From IMG/VR virus record IMGVR_UViG_3300010399_000031, positions 1 through 64,000 of that record: 64,000 bases of DNA; one strand, 5' to 3'. Numbering within the stretch: the stretch's first letter is position 1; each line of letters begins with the position of its first letter. The translations under genes were made by a program, and so were the position numbers. Under the pieces are notes generated by a model that was given only the letters and a program-made list of their open reading frames with translations, was not told the origin of the DNA and did no database searches. This document shows positions 1 through 9,897 of this stretch, piece after piece.

Positions 1-1717
1 GATCGACGCTTATATCCAACAGCTACGCGAGCGCTTAGCAGCGCATGAAGCGATTTTGAACCAAGCGGTGAAAGATCACGCCCAGGTACAAGACACGCTT
101 AAGGTTCTGAAGCAAACAGGAGACGATGGTTTAAAATCATTGTCGGAGAAGCTTAACCGGTTGATCAATGAAAAGCAACAGACGCTTGGCAAGCGTAAGT
201 TTTCGCTAGAGTTTGACAATCCTCGTCAAGCTCTCTTAGCCTTAGAAGCGTCGCGCGATTTGTTGGTTGACGTCTTTTCCAAGTTGCCAGAAAATGAGCA
301 CAAACGATTCAGTCAAGTCAATCGGGAACGCTATCTCGGTGAACAAAAATCACTGCAAGAGACCCTGCACACCTACCGAGGTGGTTTGGATCGACTTCAG
401 GCACAAAAGGATCATCAAGAGCAGCACCTTCAATCCGGACAAGTCGAGTGCCCCACCTGTCACACCCGATTCGCACCAGGTTACTCCGAGCACAAGCTCA
501 AGGAGATTAAGAACGCTATTGAGCGTGGAACAACGAAAAGCGTTGAAGTCGACGGCAAGCTCAAATCCGTTGAATCCAAGCTCGAAGAGATTGACACCTA
601 CGCCAGCTTGTACCGACAATACAGCAACTGCACCAAAGGTTACCCAGCCCTTGGTGCTTTCTGGCGATACCTTGAGCAGGAAAATATTCCGCTATCTGCT
701 CCGCGAATGGTTCTCACGTTAGTAGGGCAAATCGAGCAAGACTTAAAGTACGAGCTTAAAGCCGAGGAGATTCAAGAACAGATCGAATCGACCAAGCAAC
801 TCATGCACCAAGCCACCTTGGTGGGTAATGCAACGCTTTTGGAGACGCAAGAAAAAGCTGCCGAGATCGAGATCACGGTTGAGCAAATTACCCACTACAT
901 GCAGTTTGTGCGGGCAAAAATTGCTGAGCATGTGAATTACCGCCAGCAGTTAAGAGAAGCGTTTGAGTTGGGTGAGAGAATCAAGCAGTTGGAGAAAAAC
1001 TTAACGGGCGTCACCGAGACGATTATCGATACGATGTGGATGGAGACAATCCATCACTGTGTTCGACAATTGCAGTCGCAGCTACTGCGTAAAGAGGAGA
1101 CGCTCAACGAAGTCAAGCAACAACTGCTGCGAGTAAAAGATCTGGAAGAGCAGATCGCCATTGAAATGCAAAAGGAGAAGGCACTTAACATCGTGATCGA
1201 AACGCTTTCACCCAAAGACGGGATGATTGCAGAAGGGTTGCTTGGTTTCATCAAGAACTACGTGAGACAGATGAATAGTCTCATTAAGAAGATCTGGACA
1301 TACCCCTTGATTTTGAAAGAGTGCGGGGTAATGGATGGCAACGGGATTGAGTTGGATTACAAATTTCCGTTGGCTGCATTTGGGGCGAGCCAGATCGTAC
1401 CAGATGTCTCGGAAGGTTCAACCGGACAAACGAGTATCATTGATTTGTCCTTCATGGTGGTGGCCATGAAGTATCTGGGTTTGGCTGAGTCTCCGCTGTA
1501 TCTGGATGAACCTGCTTCCTCGTTTGACAACGAGCACAAAAAGAGCACGATGCTTGCGCTAAAGACTCTGATGGAGACGACAGCGCTTACGCAACTTTTT
1601 CTCATCAGTCACGACTACCAGAATTACTCGTCGTTTGCGAATGTGCAAGTCTGTGTGCTCGATCCGAAAAATATCGTGGTACCTGATACCTATAACGAAC
1701 ATGTGACGATTCAGTAA
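1..1717 (+). CDS. SbcC/Rad50-like SMC-family ATPase, C-terminal part (5' truncated by window)
   Basis: Frame open from nt 2. Coiled coils flank a CPTC zinc hook; SEGSTGQ signature-like motif, LYLDE Walker B, ISH H-loop. Confidence 0.9.
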   Translation, partial: IDAYIQQLRERLAAHEAILNQAVKDHAQVQDTLKVLKQTGDDGLKSLSEKLNRLINEKQQTLGKRKFSLEFDNPRQALLALEASRDLLVDVFSKLPENEHKRFSQVNRERYLGEQKSLQETLHTYRGGLDRLQAQKDHQEQHLQSGQVECPTCHTRFAPGYSEHKLKEIKNAIERGTTKSVEVDGKLKSVESKLEEIDTYASLYRQYSNCTKGYPALGAFWRYLEQENIPLSAPRMVLTLVGQIEQDLKYELKAEEIQEQIESTKQLMHQATLVGNATLLETQEKAAEIEITVEQITHYMQFVRAKIAEHVNYRQQLREAFELGERIKQLEKNLTGVTETIIDTMWMETIHHCVRQLQSQLLRKEETLNEVKQQLLRVKDLEEQIAIEMQKEKALNIVIETLSPKDGMIAEGLLGFIKNYVRQMNSLIKKIWTYPLILKECGVMDGNGIELDYKFPLAAFGASQIVPDVSEGSTGQTSIIDLSFMVVAMKYLGLAESPLYLDEPASSFDNEHKKSTMLALKTLMETTALTQLFLISHDYQNYSSFANVQVCVLDPKNIVVPDTYNEHVTIQ

Positions 1718-1785
1718 AGCATGTATCTCGTTTTCATTGGACCAGATCTCTTCTTTAAACAGTTTTCTAACCAGAAGGAAAAGTC

Positions 1786-2787
1786 ATGCATAAACAACTC
1801 ATCGAGGTTCTGAACAACGTCAACCAGCAACTCACCGACGTTCAAAAAACGGTAGTGACTACGTTGCTTTCGTTGCAAAGGGGGCAACTGAACCTCGACC
1901 AAGAGAACGAGGAGCTGCTTCGCCAGCTGTTCGAAGCAGCTGTACCTTCGCTAAGTCTCATGGCGTTGAATATGCGTCAGCGAGTAGCGATCGTCACAGG
2001 TAATGCCAATAAGTTGGCTACTCAAGCAAACGAATCAGCACCCAGTTTGGCTGAAGTGCAACAGCGGCATGATGCGGTCAAGTTTGATACGCGCTCTTTG
2101 ACACATGAGTTGCGTGAGGCCACCGGTCAACCCACACCCCCGATGTCGGCCGCACGTCAACGAATCGCAGACATCGCCCAAGGGTTGGCTGAAGGTATGT
2201 TGGGTGAAAAGCTGGGGCCGGACTTTGCCAAGGGACTTCAAGCGCACCGTGCGGAGCAAGCTAAATCAGCGATGCAAACCGACATGCCTACGCTTACATC
2301 GACGGCTCCGACTAAAGTCGAACCGAGCGCTGAGGTATTGAAGCGTCAAAACGAACAGGCCGAGCACGAAAACCTCGTCAAGATGATTTGTGGTGAGAAC
2401 GGATTACTCGCGGTGTGGTTCTCCTCGGACGTCTACGGAGGTGGGCAAGGTCCGTTAAAACCCATCGCAGGAGTCAACCACTATATGGAAGACATTTTGA
2501 TGCTGCCGTACGAACGGCTACTTACCTGGCCGGAAGGGTTCTATCGAAACGCTTCATCCTCGGCGTTTCAGTATCTCGTGAAAACCAACGATGTAATTGG
2601 AGTGATGGACTTCGGTTATCTGGTTTCGGACAACACCGCGCGACAACAACAGGCATTGCAATTAATCTTTCACGGTGATTCGGCCAAACCCAAACGCAAG
2701 TTGCCGTTCACGCATCTGGAAAATTCGTTGATGAAAACGGTGATTCGAGACATCAATACTCGACTTAGTGCGATTCACAAGCAGTAA
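1786..2787 (+). CDS. hypothetical protein (333 aa)
   Basis: Long ORF with AAGGA RBS; no recognised motif. Confidence 0.75.
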   Translation: MHKQLIEVLNNVNQQLTDVQKTVVTTLLSLQRGQLNLDQENEELLRQLFEAAVPSLSLMALNMRQRVAIVTGNANKLATQANESAPSLAEVQQRHDAVKFDTRSLTHELREATGQPTPPMSAARQRIADIAQGLAEGMLGEKLGPDFAKGLQAHRAEQAKSAMQTDMPTLTSTAPTKVEPSAEVLKRQNEQAEHENLVKMICGENGLLAVWFSSDVYGGGQGPLKPIAGVNHYMEDILMLPYERLLTWPEGFYRNASSSAFQYLVKTNDVIGVMDFGYLVSDNTARQQQALQLIFHGDSAKPKRKLPFTHLENSLMKTVIRDINTRLSAIHKQ

Positions 2788-2795
2788 GTACAAAC

Positions 2796-2835
2796 GGCAT
2801 AAAACGGGAGAGTCATAAGACTCTCCCTATATGCC
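2796..2835. terminator. bidirectional terminator-like hairpin flanked by GGCATA/TATGCC
   Basis: GGGAGAGTC-ATAA-GACTCTCCC between convergent genes. Confidence 0.75.
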
Positions 2836-2851
2836 CGCGTTAGACGCCGCA

Positions 2852-3664
2852 TTAAGCGGCTTTTTGCACAGATTCGACGTGCTCCATCGTGCGACTGACA
2901 GCGTGCGCGTAAGCTTGAACACGGTAGTACATGATGGAGTAAAACTCCAACTCAGCGGCCACTTGGTATGCGCCGTCGGACAGATCAAGCAACACTTCGG
3001 GACTGACCTTATCGAAGTAGTTCTCGTTCACGAGTCGGCTAATACGATCGAGTAGTTCCGAGCACTCGTTCACTTTCTTGGACAGGTGACTGCGCTCGAT
3101 CAAATTGATCGATTTGGTCAGCCCGTTGGCGGCTTCCAGCGCCGGTTTCCAATCGGCGTTGCGTTTGACCACATCTTCGACTTTGACGGTAGTGCGGGTG
3201 GTGTCGTTAAAGCACGCCTGAATGTCCTTGTTCACCCGTTCACGCTGCAACATCAACTCCGCGTATTGTTTCTTGCGGGTAGCGGTTTCCAGAATCGAGG
3301 AACGGTTGGAGACGAGCATCGCCAAGAAAACGGCGAATTCATCGATCACGGCAACCGAGCCACGAGCATGTTCAACTCCAGGGTACAGAGCCGCGCTGTA
3401 TTCCAGATAGGTGACTTTCAGCCCCTCCGGAACAAAAGCGGTGAGCGGCATCATGTTCGGGTAGCTGCGTTTTTCGACGGTGTTAAGAAAGCTCTTCTCG
3501 TTGCCGGTGAGGGCAACAGCGGGTTCTTGGCTGAACATTCCTTTGAAACCGTCCAACCCACCTTTGACCGAGGGGAAAATACGCTGAATCAGTCCCGAGA
3601 GATCCGATACAACGTACGCTTCGAGTGCGACGAGATCGCGTGCGTGTTTGAGTTGTCTGTCCAT
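2852..3664 (-). CDS. putative virion (head) protein, phiKZ-like core gene next to uvsX
   Basis: 270-aa helical ORF divergent from uvsX; N-terminal ALE motif typical of gp175-protease substrates. Confidence 0.6.
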   Translation of the reverse strand: MDRQLKHARDLVALEAYVVSDLSGLIQRIFPSVKGGLDGFKGMFSQEPAVALTGNEKSFLNTVEKRSYPNMMPLTAFVPEGLKVTYLEYSAALYPGVEHARGSVAVIDEFAVFLAMLVSNRSSILETATRKKQYAELMLQRERVNKDIQACFNDTTRTTVKVEDVVKRNADWKPALEAANGLTKSINLIERSHLSKKVNECSELLDRISRLVNENYFDKVSPEVLLDLSDGAYQVAAELEFYSIMYYRVQAYAHAVSRTMEHVESVQKAA

Positions 3665-3775
3665 TTATGGTTCCATGTAAAAACGAGACTGATTCCTGAT
3701 GAACCTACATAAAAATGTAAGCGTGAGTGGCATTCTTTGAGAAATGCTGGGTTTTCACTTAACGGATAACGACAC

Positions 3776-5239
3776 ATGGAACATCTCATGCCCGGCTTTG
3801 TCCGGATCCCGCTGCACAAAGCCATGATCAATATTGGGGCTGGCTTTGACATCGCTACCGGAACTTTCCTGGAAGGCAAGTATGGTGAAATGATTCTGAA
3901 CGGGGGAGTGGCGAATATCACCGGTATCGCAGGGCCGGGTAACAGCTTTAAGTCAACGCTGATGGATTGGATGCTCTTTACCGCGATGATTCGCATCTGT
4001 GAAGAGTCCACCGGCAGCAAGTATGACACGGAAATGAACGTACACGAATGGCGCCTGAAGATGGTCTGCGCCATGATTCAACACTGGTTGAGTCTGGATG
4101 ACCAGCCGGACGTATTCGATCAGGGTCGCTTTATCATCACCGACAAAACCAAACACACGGGTGATGAATGGTACGAAATTCTTCGCGAGTATCTCACCGA
4201 GACGAAGAAAAAAGCACTCAAGCAATTGATGCGCAATACGCCTTTCCAAGAGCGCGACGGCAGCCTGATGCAAATTCCGGTACCCACGTTCACCGGGGTC
4301 GATTCGTTCTCACAGTTCATCTCGGCCAATGCAATGAAGATCCAGGAAGAAAATCGCATTGGCACGTCCGACACGAACATGTTGAACATGAATCAGGGAC
4401 GCGCCAAAGCGCAGTTCTTGATGGATATTCCGGCGCTGGCGCAGGCTGTGTACAACTACGTGTTTCTTACGGTACATATCGGGGAAGAGTATCAACTCGA
4501 TCCGCGCAATCCGAAGCAAAAGAAGTTGCAGTATCTGAAGCAAGGTCAGAAGATCAAGGGTGCGCCGGAAGGTTTTCTATTTCTCACCAATAATTGCTGG
4601 CTCTCGTCAAGCGCCAGTTTACTTCAAGCTGACGACGGTAATGGTCCGCAGTATCCGCGTGATTCGGACGACAAGCTCAAGAAAGACACCGATCTGAACG
4701 AGGTGACAGTGACGTTGTTGCGGGGTAAGTCAGGTCAATCGGGGTTGCCTTGGCAAGTGGTGGTTTCGCAATCCGAAGGGGTACAACCTTCCTTGACTGA
4801 ATTTCACTACATGCGTGGGGTGAAAGAGTCGGGCGATAAGCGTTGGGGGTTCGAAGGTAATCTTCAGAACTACGCACTCGATTTGCTGCCGAGTGTGCGT
4901 CTGTCGCGCACCACGATCCGTAACAAGATCGATGAAGACGCGCAGCTGCGGCGCGCACTTAATATCTCGTCCGAGATTTGCCAGATGAACGCGCTTTGGC
5001 ACAACATGGACCAGTACATTGTCACCCCTGCTGAATTGTACACCAAACTTAAGGAAAAGGGCTACGACTGGAACACACTGCTCAATACACGGGGTTGGTG
5101 GACCATCGATAACGAGAGCCCCAAACACGCTCAGCCGTTTCTCTCCAGCATGGACTTGTTACGGATGGTCAAGGACGAGTATCACCCATATTTCTTGGAA
5201 ACGGATAAGAAGACCTTGAAAAAGGAATACCAGAAATGA
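3776..5239 (+). CDS. uvsX: UvsX/RecA-like recombinase
   Basis: Walker A GPGNSFKST, YDTE motif, Walker B-like GVDSFS; size and context match the phiKZ-like RecA. Confidence 0.85.
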   Translation: MEHLMPGFVRIPLHKAMINIGAGFDIATGTFLEGKYGEMILNGGVANITGIAGPGNSFKSTLMDWMLFTAMIRICEESTGSKYDTEMNVHEWRLKMVCAMIQHWLSLDDQPDVFDQGRFIITDKTKHTGDEWYEILREYLTETKKKALKQLMRNTPFQERDGSLMQIPVPTFTGVDSFSQFISANAMKIQEENRIGTSDTNMLNMNQGRAKAQFLMDIPALAQAVYNYVFLTVHIGEEYQLDPRNPKQKKLQYLKQGQKIKGAPEGFLFLTNNCWLSSSASLLQADDGNGPQYPRDSDDKLKKDTDLNEVTVTLLRGKSGQSGLPWQVVVSQSEGVQPSLTEFHYMRGVKESGDKRWGFEGNLQNYALDLLPSVRLSRTTIRNKIDEDAQLRRALNISSEICQMNALWHNMDQYIVTPAELYTKLKEKGYDWNTLLNTRGWWTIDNESPKHAQPFLSSMDLLRMVKDEYHPYFLETDKKTLKKEYQK

Positions 5240-5394
5240 AACGACTGCTCTGGGCTTTGTCTGCCTATGCACTTGGAGACAAAGCCTGGCATTATCACGC
5301 TACGGGAGATGCGCTACTGTTGACGATTTTTTTTATCGCTACAGTTTGCGCCATTCAGCAAATATTTGTAAGATACCCGTGGCAACGTGCTTGA
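5236..5394 (+). CDS. small hydrophobic protein (52 aa), not in ORF track
   Basis: ATGA overlap with uvsX stop, AAGGA RBS; MKRLLWALSAY...LLLTIFFIATVCAIQQIF hydrophobic segment. Confidence 0.5.
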   Translation: MKRLLWALSAYALGDKAWHYHATGDALLLTIFFIATVCAIQQIFVRYPWQRA

Positions 5395-5457
5395 TACGGC
5401 GCTAAAGTAATTTGATATGGGAGGTTGTCTCCCGGTTCTTTAGAGGGATTTTTCACA

Positions 5458-5847
5458 ATGGAAGCACCAACCACCGTTGCGGAACAACCAACCAAGGAAG
5501 TTCCCCTACACAAAGCCGCCGAGCACGCACTGGCGAATGCTGGTCACCCCGACCCGGCATTCTGGCATGTGTTCTTACACCCGCATGCACTCGATGAGAA
5601 GTTGGATTTCGATGTGCGGCGATTTCTCATCAACCGTGCATTCGAGATGTCGATCGGCGGGCTCGACCCGCATGCGGTTTTCAGTGAGAAAGTCGCGCAA
5701 GATTACGCGCGCGATCAACTCGACGCCCGCTACTGTCTGCTGCCCAAGGGTGACCAAAAGACGTGGCTGCACTCGTTTCAGCAGCAAGTCGTCCCCTTCA
5801 TCATGAAGTACCAGTTGGGTGTGTCACGCCAAGTGCAAGCCGCGTGA
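5458..5847 (+). CDS. hypothetical protein
   Basis: ATG at 5458 after GAGGGA RBS. Confidence 0.7.
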   Translation: MEAPTTVAEQPTKEVPLHKAAEHALANAGHPDPAFWHVFLHPHALDEKLDFDVRRFLINRAFEMSIGGLDPHAVFSEKVAQDYARDQLDARYCLLPKGDQKTWLHSFQQQVVPFIMKYQLGVSRQVQAA

Positions 5848-5922
5848 AGCCGCATCGGAGGGTGGGATAATTATGCAGACAGTTTAGCAAGATTGTCCCA
5901 CACCCTATGCGGGAGAAAAGTC

Positions 5923-6594
5923 ATGAAAGGTGATCGTAAAGCAGCTACCGCCGAGCTGCTCGCGGGATTGGAAGCCATACTTCCTGGTAGTGAAAATACC
6001 GCGCTCTACAAGGCGAAGTTGGAGTCGATGTCCGATTCCGAATTCGAAGACTGGATCAAAGCGCTGGGGCAAGGCACGCAGCAAATTGCAGTATTTGTGC
6101 CCAATTTCTCCAAGCATCAAATTGACGTCAATCGGAACTTTGACGTGGCCGCTAAATGGGGTCACGATTATTTCCAACGCATCTGGATGATGGGTCCGGA
6201 TGGCTCGTACTACTTGACGCCCAAGAAATATCTGGTCTACGATCTCCCTCTTCGTCGACAGGCACAACACCTGATCAAGAAGATCTCCATTCCCGAGGAT
6301 AACAAATCCGTTGATGATTTGACGGGTCAACCCACGGGTAAATCCAAAGGCAGCAAAGTTTCTTATCCCGAACTACAGGTGTTAGCCGCACTCGGGTTAG
6401 ACCACTCCATTATGGAGATGCTTAAGATTCGTGGCGGTGATACCAAGGCGTTTAACGCTTCGAACACCATCATCGCGAAAACCGGTTCGGTCAGTCAAAA
6501 GGAGATTGAACCGTATGCGGGGGGTGTGGAGTCGACCAAGACACTCGGGATCATACTGACCGCGATGCACCTTTCTAATTCGATTGAAGGATAA
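5923..6594 (+). CDS. virion RNA polymerase beta subunit, C-terminal fragment (phiKZ gp149-like)
   Basis: RRQAQHLIKKIS..DDLTGQPTGKSKGSKVSYPELQVL aligns by eye with the RpoB C-terminal [24 protein letters not shown] region. Confidence 0.85.
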   Translation: MKGDRKAATAELLAGLEAILPGSENTALYKAKLESMSDSEFEDWIKALGQGTQQIAVFVPNFSKHQIDVNRNFDVAAKWGHDYFQRIWMMGPDGSYYLTPKKYLVYDLPLRRQAQHLIKKISIPEDNKSVDDLTGQPTGKSKGSKVSYPELQVLAALGLDHSIMEMLKIRGGDTKAFNASNTIIAKTGSVSQKEIEPYAGGVESTKTLGIILTAMHLSNSIEG

Positions 6595-6597
6595 GAC

Positions 6598-7188
6598 ATG
6601 GGTTTGAGTGCAGAAGAAATGGATCGTGTTGGTGATCTGGTCAATACCGCTGTACTCACAGCTATCTCCACTGCTTCGGAGGCTTTGCGTCCGAAGCTTC
6701 TGGGTTTTAGCATCAGCCTTGTGCTCAGAGAGATACCATATCAACTCTTCTCGGGTCAACTGGAGGGCACTAAGCGCTTGGCTGACTTGATGTATCAGGA
6801 TGACGCCATTCGGGATTTTATCTTGACGGTGACGATGCACATCTTCGCTAAATTTGGCGATACGCAAACTCGTTACCCGGCTTTGGTCGATAACATCGCC
6901 CAAGCCATTGGTTTCATCGATGCACCGGCCCCACGCGATAAGAAAGAGGCCGAAAGTACGCCACTTGTCATTGTTCCGGATGAATTGCAAGAGCGACTCC
7001 CCACGATTGACGATGTGCGCGACATCTTGCTTTACAATCGCTGGGCAACCACTTTGGCATTAATGATTCTGTACCTTATGCCGGTGGATGATTTGAATCA
7101 CATCTGGAACGAGCATCTCGAAAGAAAAGCCAAAGCAGAGAAAATCGCTCGCGCTAAAGAGGCAATAATCACCCAAACACCTGGTTAA
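6598..7188 (+). CDS. hypothetical protein (phiKZ-like core neighbourhood)
   Basis: 196-aa ORF starting 3 nt after the gp149-like gene. Confidence 0.7.
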   Translation: MGLSAEEMDRVGDLVNTAVLTAISTASEALRPKLLGFSISLVLREIPYQLFSGQLEGTKRLADLMYQDDAIRDFILTVTMHIFAKFGDTQTRYPALVDNIAQAIGFIDAPAPRDKKEAESTPLVIVPDELQERLPTIDDVRDILLYNRWATTLALMILYLMPVDDLNHIWNEHLERKAKAEKIARAKEAIITQTPG

Positions 7189-7365
7189 TTGTAACAAAAT
7201 CCTTTGTGGAAATTATAAAAATAAGCCCAGGGGTACTTGTTATGCAGTAAGGGAGAACGGATAAAAAAGCAGCGAAATGCCTGCACGAATAGGTCGTTCA
7301 ACAAGCAATGAATTTCAAAGCTCAAGAACGTATATTAACCTTTTCAATGCCGGGGGTATGGGCAA

Positions 7366-8151
7366 ATGGCTCATGCTAACAAAGTCGAGGGCATTTTGAT
7401 CGGGCTCGATGAGGTGCTCGATACTCGACTGGGGACCATCGGCCTTCTCTCTGGGGAGGCCGCGAAGCAATGCCTTTCCTCGAAACAATATTTCGAACGA
7501 GAGACAGATGAGTTTGACGGCGTGAACATGATCGAATACAAGATCCGATACGCCGAACGGGACCTGGCAGTACTAAAGAACTCGGTGATGACAAGTGCGA
7601 TCTTCCATCTCCGGGATCTACTAAGACAACTGAAGAAACAAGCGGTAACTACGCCGAATCACGATGGCGTTCAAGTAACCGTGAACCTTTATCCCTACCC
7701 TCTGAGTGAGGAAGAAAAAGAGGAATTGCGTAGGGTTTTGTTAGAGCGCTTAAACGGTGGCGCATCTTTAAGGGTAAGTGGAAAGGACCTCGTGTCGATT
7801 GAGTTCATCTACAAGAAGCCAGAGGAACTGACTCCAGCCCACTGCAAAGCGTCTTATGGTGCCATGTACATGTATAACCCATGGACTTGGTTGAACCATT
7901 TTTACAAACCGGAGACCTTCGAAACCGAAGTCAGGTTGCCTGAAGTGATCATCTATGCACCACGTTTATTCCACGACGGAAAACCGGATGCTGATGCTCT
8001 TCGACAATACCAGGCGGAGTTTGTAGGAAAGGCTCCCGACCCCCTTACGTTTGACGAGTTCCGCGTGTCGCCGATAGCCGGGGTGACGCACCTCGACGTA
8101 GGGTATTTCAGCAGTTCTGTGCGCCTTCAGCGTAACCAGGCAACGACATAA
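7366..8151 (+). CDS. hypothetical protein, degenerate HAD-like N-terminus
   Basis: ILIGLDEVLDTRLG resembles a degenerate HAD motif I. Confidence 0.65.
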   Translation: MAHANKVEGILIGLDEVLDTRLGTIGLLSGEAAKQCLSSKQYFERETDEFDGVNMIEYKIRYAERDLAVLKNSVMTSAIFHLRDLLRQLKKQAVTTPNHDGVQVTVNLYPYPLSEEEKEELRRVLLERLNGGASLRVSGKDLVSIEFIYKKPEELTPAHCKASYGAMYMYNPWTWLNHFYKPETFETEVRLPEVIIYAPRLFHDGKPDADALRQYQAEFVGKAPDPLTFDEFRVSPIAGVTHLDVGYFSSSVRLQRNQATT

Positions 8152-8226
8152 ACAGAGTTCGACCCCCACACCCACTCCCGCCTATTATTCAGGTGAGGGA
8201 GGGGTGTGGGGGCGGCTGCTGTGAAC
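8145..8226. terminator. long GC-rich hairpin between convergent genes
   Basis: CCCCCACACCC...GGGTGTGGGGG extended stem; GACATA (TATGTC on minus strand) at its left edge. Confidence 0.6.
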
Positions 8227-8253
8227 GTCCGTTCACTTAGCCAATGGTTACAC

Positions 8254-8724
8254 TTAAGCTTCTCCGGGGTGGGGAAACTTCGACATGAAGGTGTCATAGG
8301 ACTGCTGGGGTAATGTGACCGCAGTTTCCCCTTCCAGCAATGTTGGTTCGGGGACCTCAGGACCCAGTTTTGGGGCTGGTCTATCCACAGCGGGCGCGAC
8401 ATCGCGCTTCGAATTATTACCGTACGTCGTTAAAAGTTTTGCGATAACCGCAGCGGCGCCCGCTGTGATTTCACCGTTATTGGCTTCGATCGCCAAGCGT
8501 TTGCGATTAATCGCCGAAGAATCCATATCTTTTAGAGCCGCCAACATCAAGAGGCGATCTTTTGGATCGTCAGGTATTCGTCCGTCTTTTTGCATCATCT
8601 CTTTGACTAACTGCATTCGACGATGATGAACGAAAGCTTGGATATTATCTTCAGAGGGAAGAGGGGGAATCACTTCGAATTCGTTAGGAACGATCTCGAA
8701 GTTTCCTTGAGTTGTATTGTCCAT
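8254..8724 (-). CDS. hypothetical protein
   Basis: 156-aa ORF divergent from the gene at 8807. Confidence 0.7.
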   Translation of the reverse strand: MDNTTQGNFEIVPNEFEVIPPLPSEDNIQAFVHHRRMQLVKEMMQKDGRIPDDPKDRLLMLAALKDMDSSAINRKRLAIEANNGEITAGAAAVIAKLLTTYGNNSKRDVAPAVDRPAPKLGPEVPEPTLLEGETAVTLPQQSYDTFMSKFPHPGEA

Positions 8725-8752
8725 GATGGAGGTCCCAAAGAAATCTCAGTAC

Positions 8753-8773
8753 TATATCATCTTCTTGAGTAGT
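8753..8773 (+). promoter_or_regulatory. putative early (vRNAP) promoter TATATCAT-N6-GAGTAGT
   Basis: Motif recurs at 33223, 53305 and 59652; resembles the phiKZ early consensus TATATTAC. Confidence 0.6.
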
Positions 8774-8806
8774 TATTCATAAGCTTTGTCAATATAAGGA
8801 GAACTC

Positions 8807-9346
8807 TTGATGTTGTCTCTCTTATCCGGGATTCACCGGAGTTTGAAAAACAAACTGGTGAAAGATCGCAAAACCAGATTGATGAAGTTGATGGAGCAAG
8901 GGGTCCCGCTTGATCGGATGTGGAAACTGTGTGAACAGATTATCGAGGGAATCAACCCCGATGATTACTGCTTAATTCCTGTCTCGTTACTCCAGATGCA
9001 CACACTGCGTACTCCGTACCGCAGTATCGAGACGTATCATAAAACCGTGAATTATATCCGCTATGCACTAAGGGAGGAAAAGAAACTCGATCGAGGTTGG
9101 TCATCGTTTGAGATGCAAATTATCTCGATGGGTGACTTTATGATCGGGGAAGAAAGATATTATTTGACTTCTGGCGCTTTACCTAAGTTTCTTATTTCAA
9201 TCAAAGAGGTGATCGAACTCATGGCGCAAGCGGATGGACAAGAACTTGGGGTCGCCGGTTACAATAATCGTGCATTGATTCCGTTTTTCGTTCGACTGCG
9301 CGATACGCTTTTAGACCTGTATGACTTACAATTGACACTTAAGTAA
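8807..9346 (+). CDS. hypothetical protein
   Basis: AAGGAG RBS, 179 aa. Confidence 0.75.
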   Translation: MMLSLLSGIHRSLKNKLVKDRKTRLMKLMEQGVPLDRMWKLCEQIIEGINPDDYCLIPVSLLQMHTLRTPYRSIETYHKTVNYIRYALREEKKLDRGWSSFEMQIISMGDFMIGEERYYLTSGALPKFLISIKEVIELMAQADGQELGVAGYNNRALIPFFVRLRDTLLDLYDLQLTLK

Positions 9347-9426
9347 AAGCAATACCCATATCGCAGTACCCCCAAATGCGCAGTATAACTTAACCCTCTA
9401 TAGCTGTGGCAGGCTAGAAAGGAACA

Positions 9427-9897
9427 ATGATGGCAAGTAATGATTTATTCCGTCTTTTGACCTCTTCCGATAAAGGAGTAGGTCGCACTTTCGGGACAAA
9501 CGGAACATTGTCGAGACTTTTCCGACAAATCTTACGAGACCGCAGAGTCGGTCCTGAGAAGTTTGGTTCCTTAATGTACGATTATTTGAACGACCCCAGC
9601 AACCGAATCGCGAACAATCGAAAAGATCGCACCAGTGCCCGAGGAAACCTCGGCATGGCGCTCACTCAAGATAAGATGACCTGGAAGGTCTTCTGTAAGG
9701 GGTTGAAGTTTTTGAAGATCGTAAAGATCGATATCGCGATTCGCGCGTATTATGCGAATGGTCAAGAAGAGATTCACCAAACCTCCATGGTCCTCGTCGA
9801 TCGCAAGACACCGGATAAACCGGGTGAAGGTACCCCCACACAACCTCATACTGACGGTACGAATGCAAATGAGGATACTGGAAATGACAAACGATAA
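9427..9897 (+). CDS. hypothetical protein, paralog of 54881..55225
   Basis: LSRLFRQIL..VGPEKFGSLM..MTWKVFCKGLKFLKI pattern shared with the ORF at 54881. Confidence 0.75.
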   Translation: MMASNDLFRLLTSSDKGVGRTFGTNGTLSRLFRQILRDRRVGPEKFGSLMYDYLNDPSNRIANNRKDRTSARGNLGMALTQDKMTWKVFCKGLKFLKIVKIDIAIRAYYANGQEEIHQTSMVLVDRKTPDKPGEGTPTQPHTDGTNANEDTGNDKR

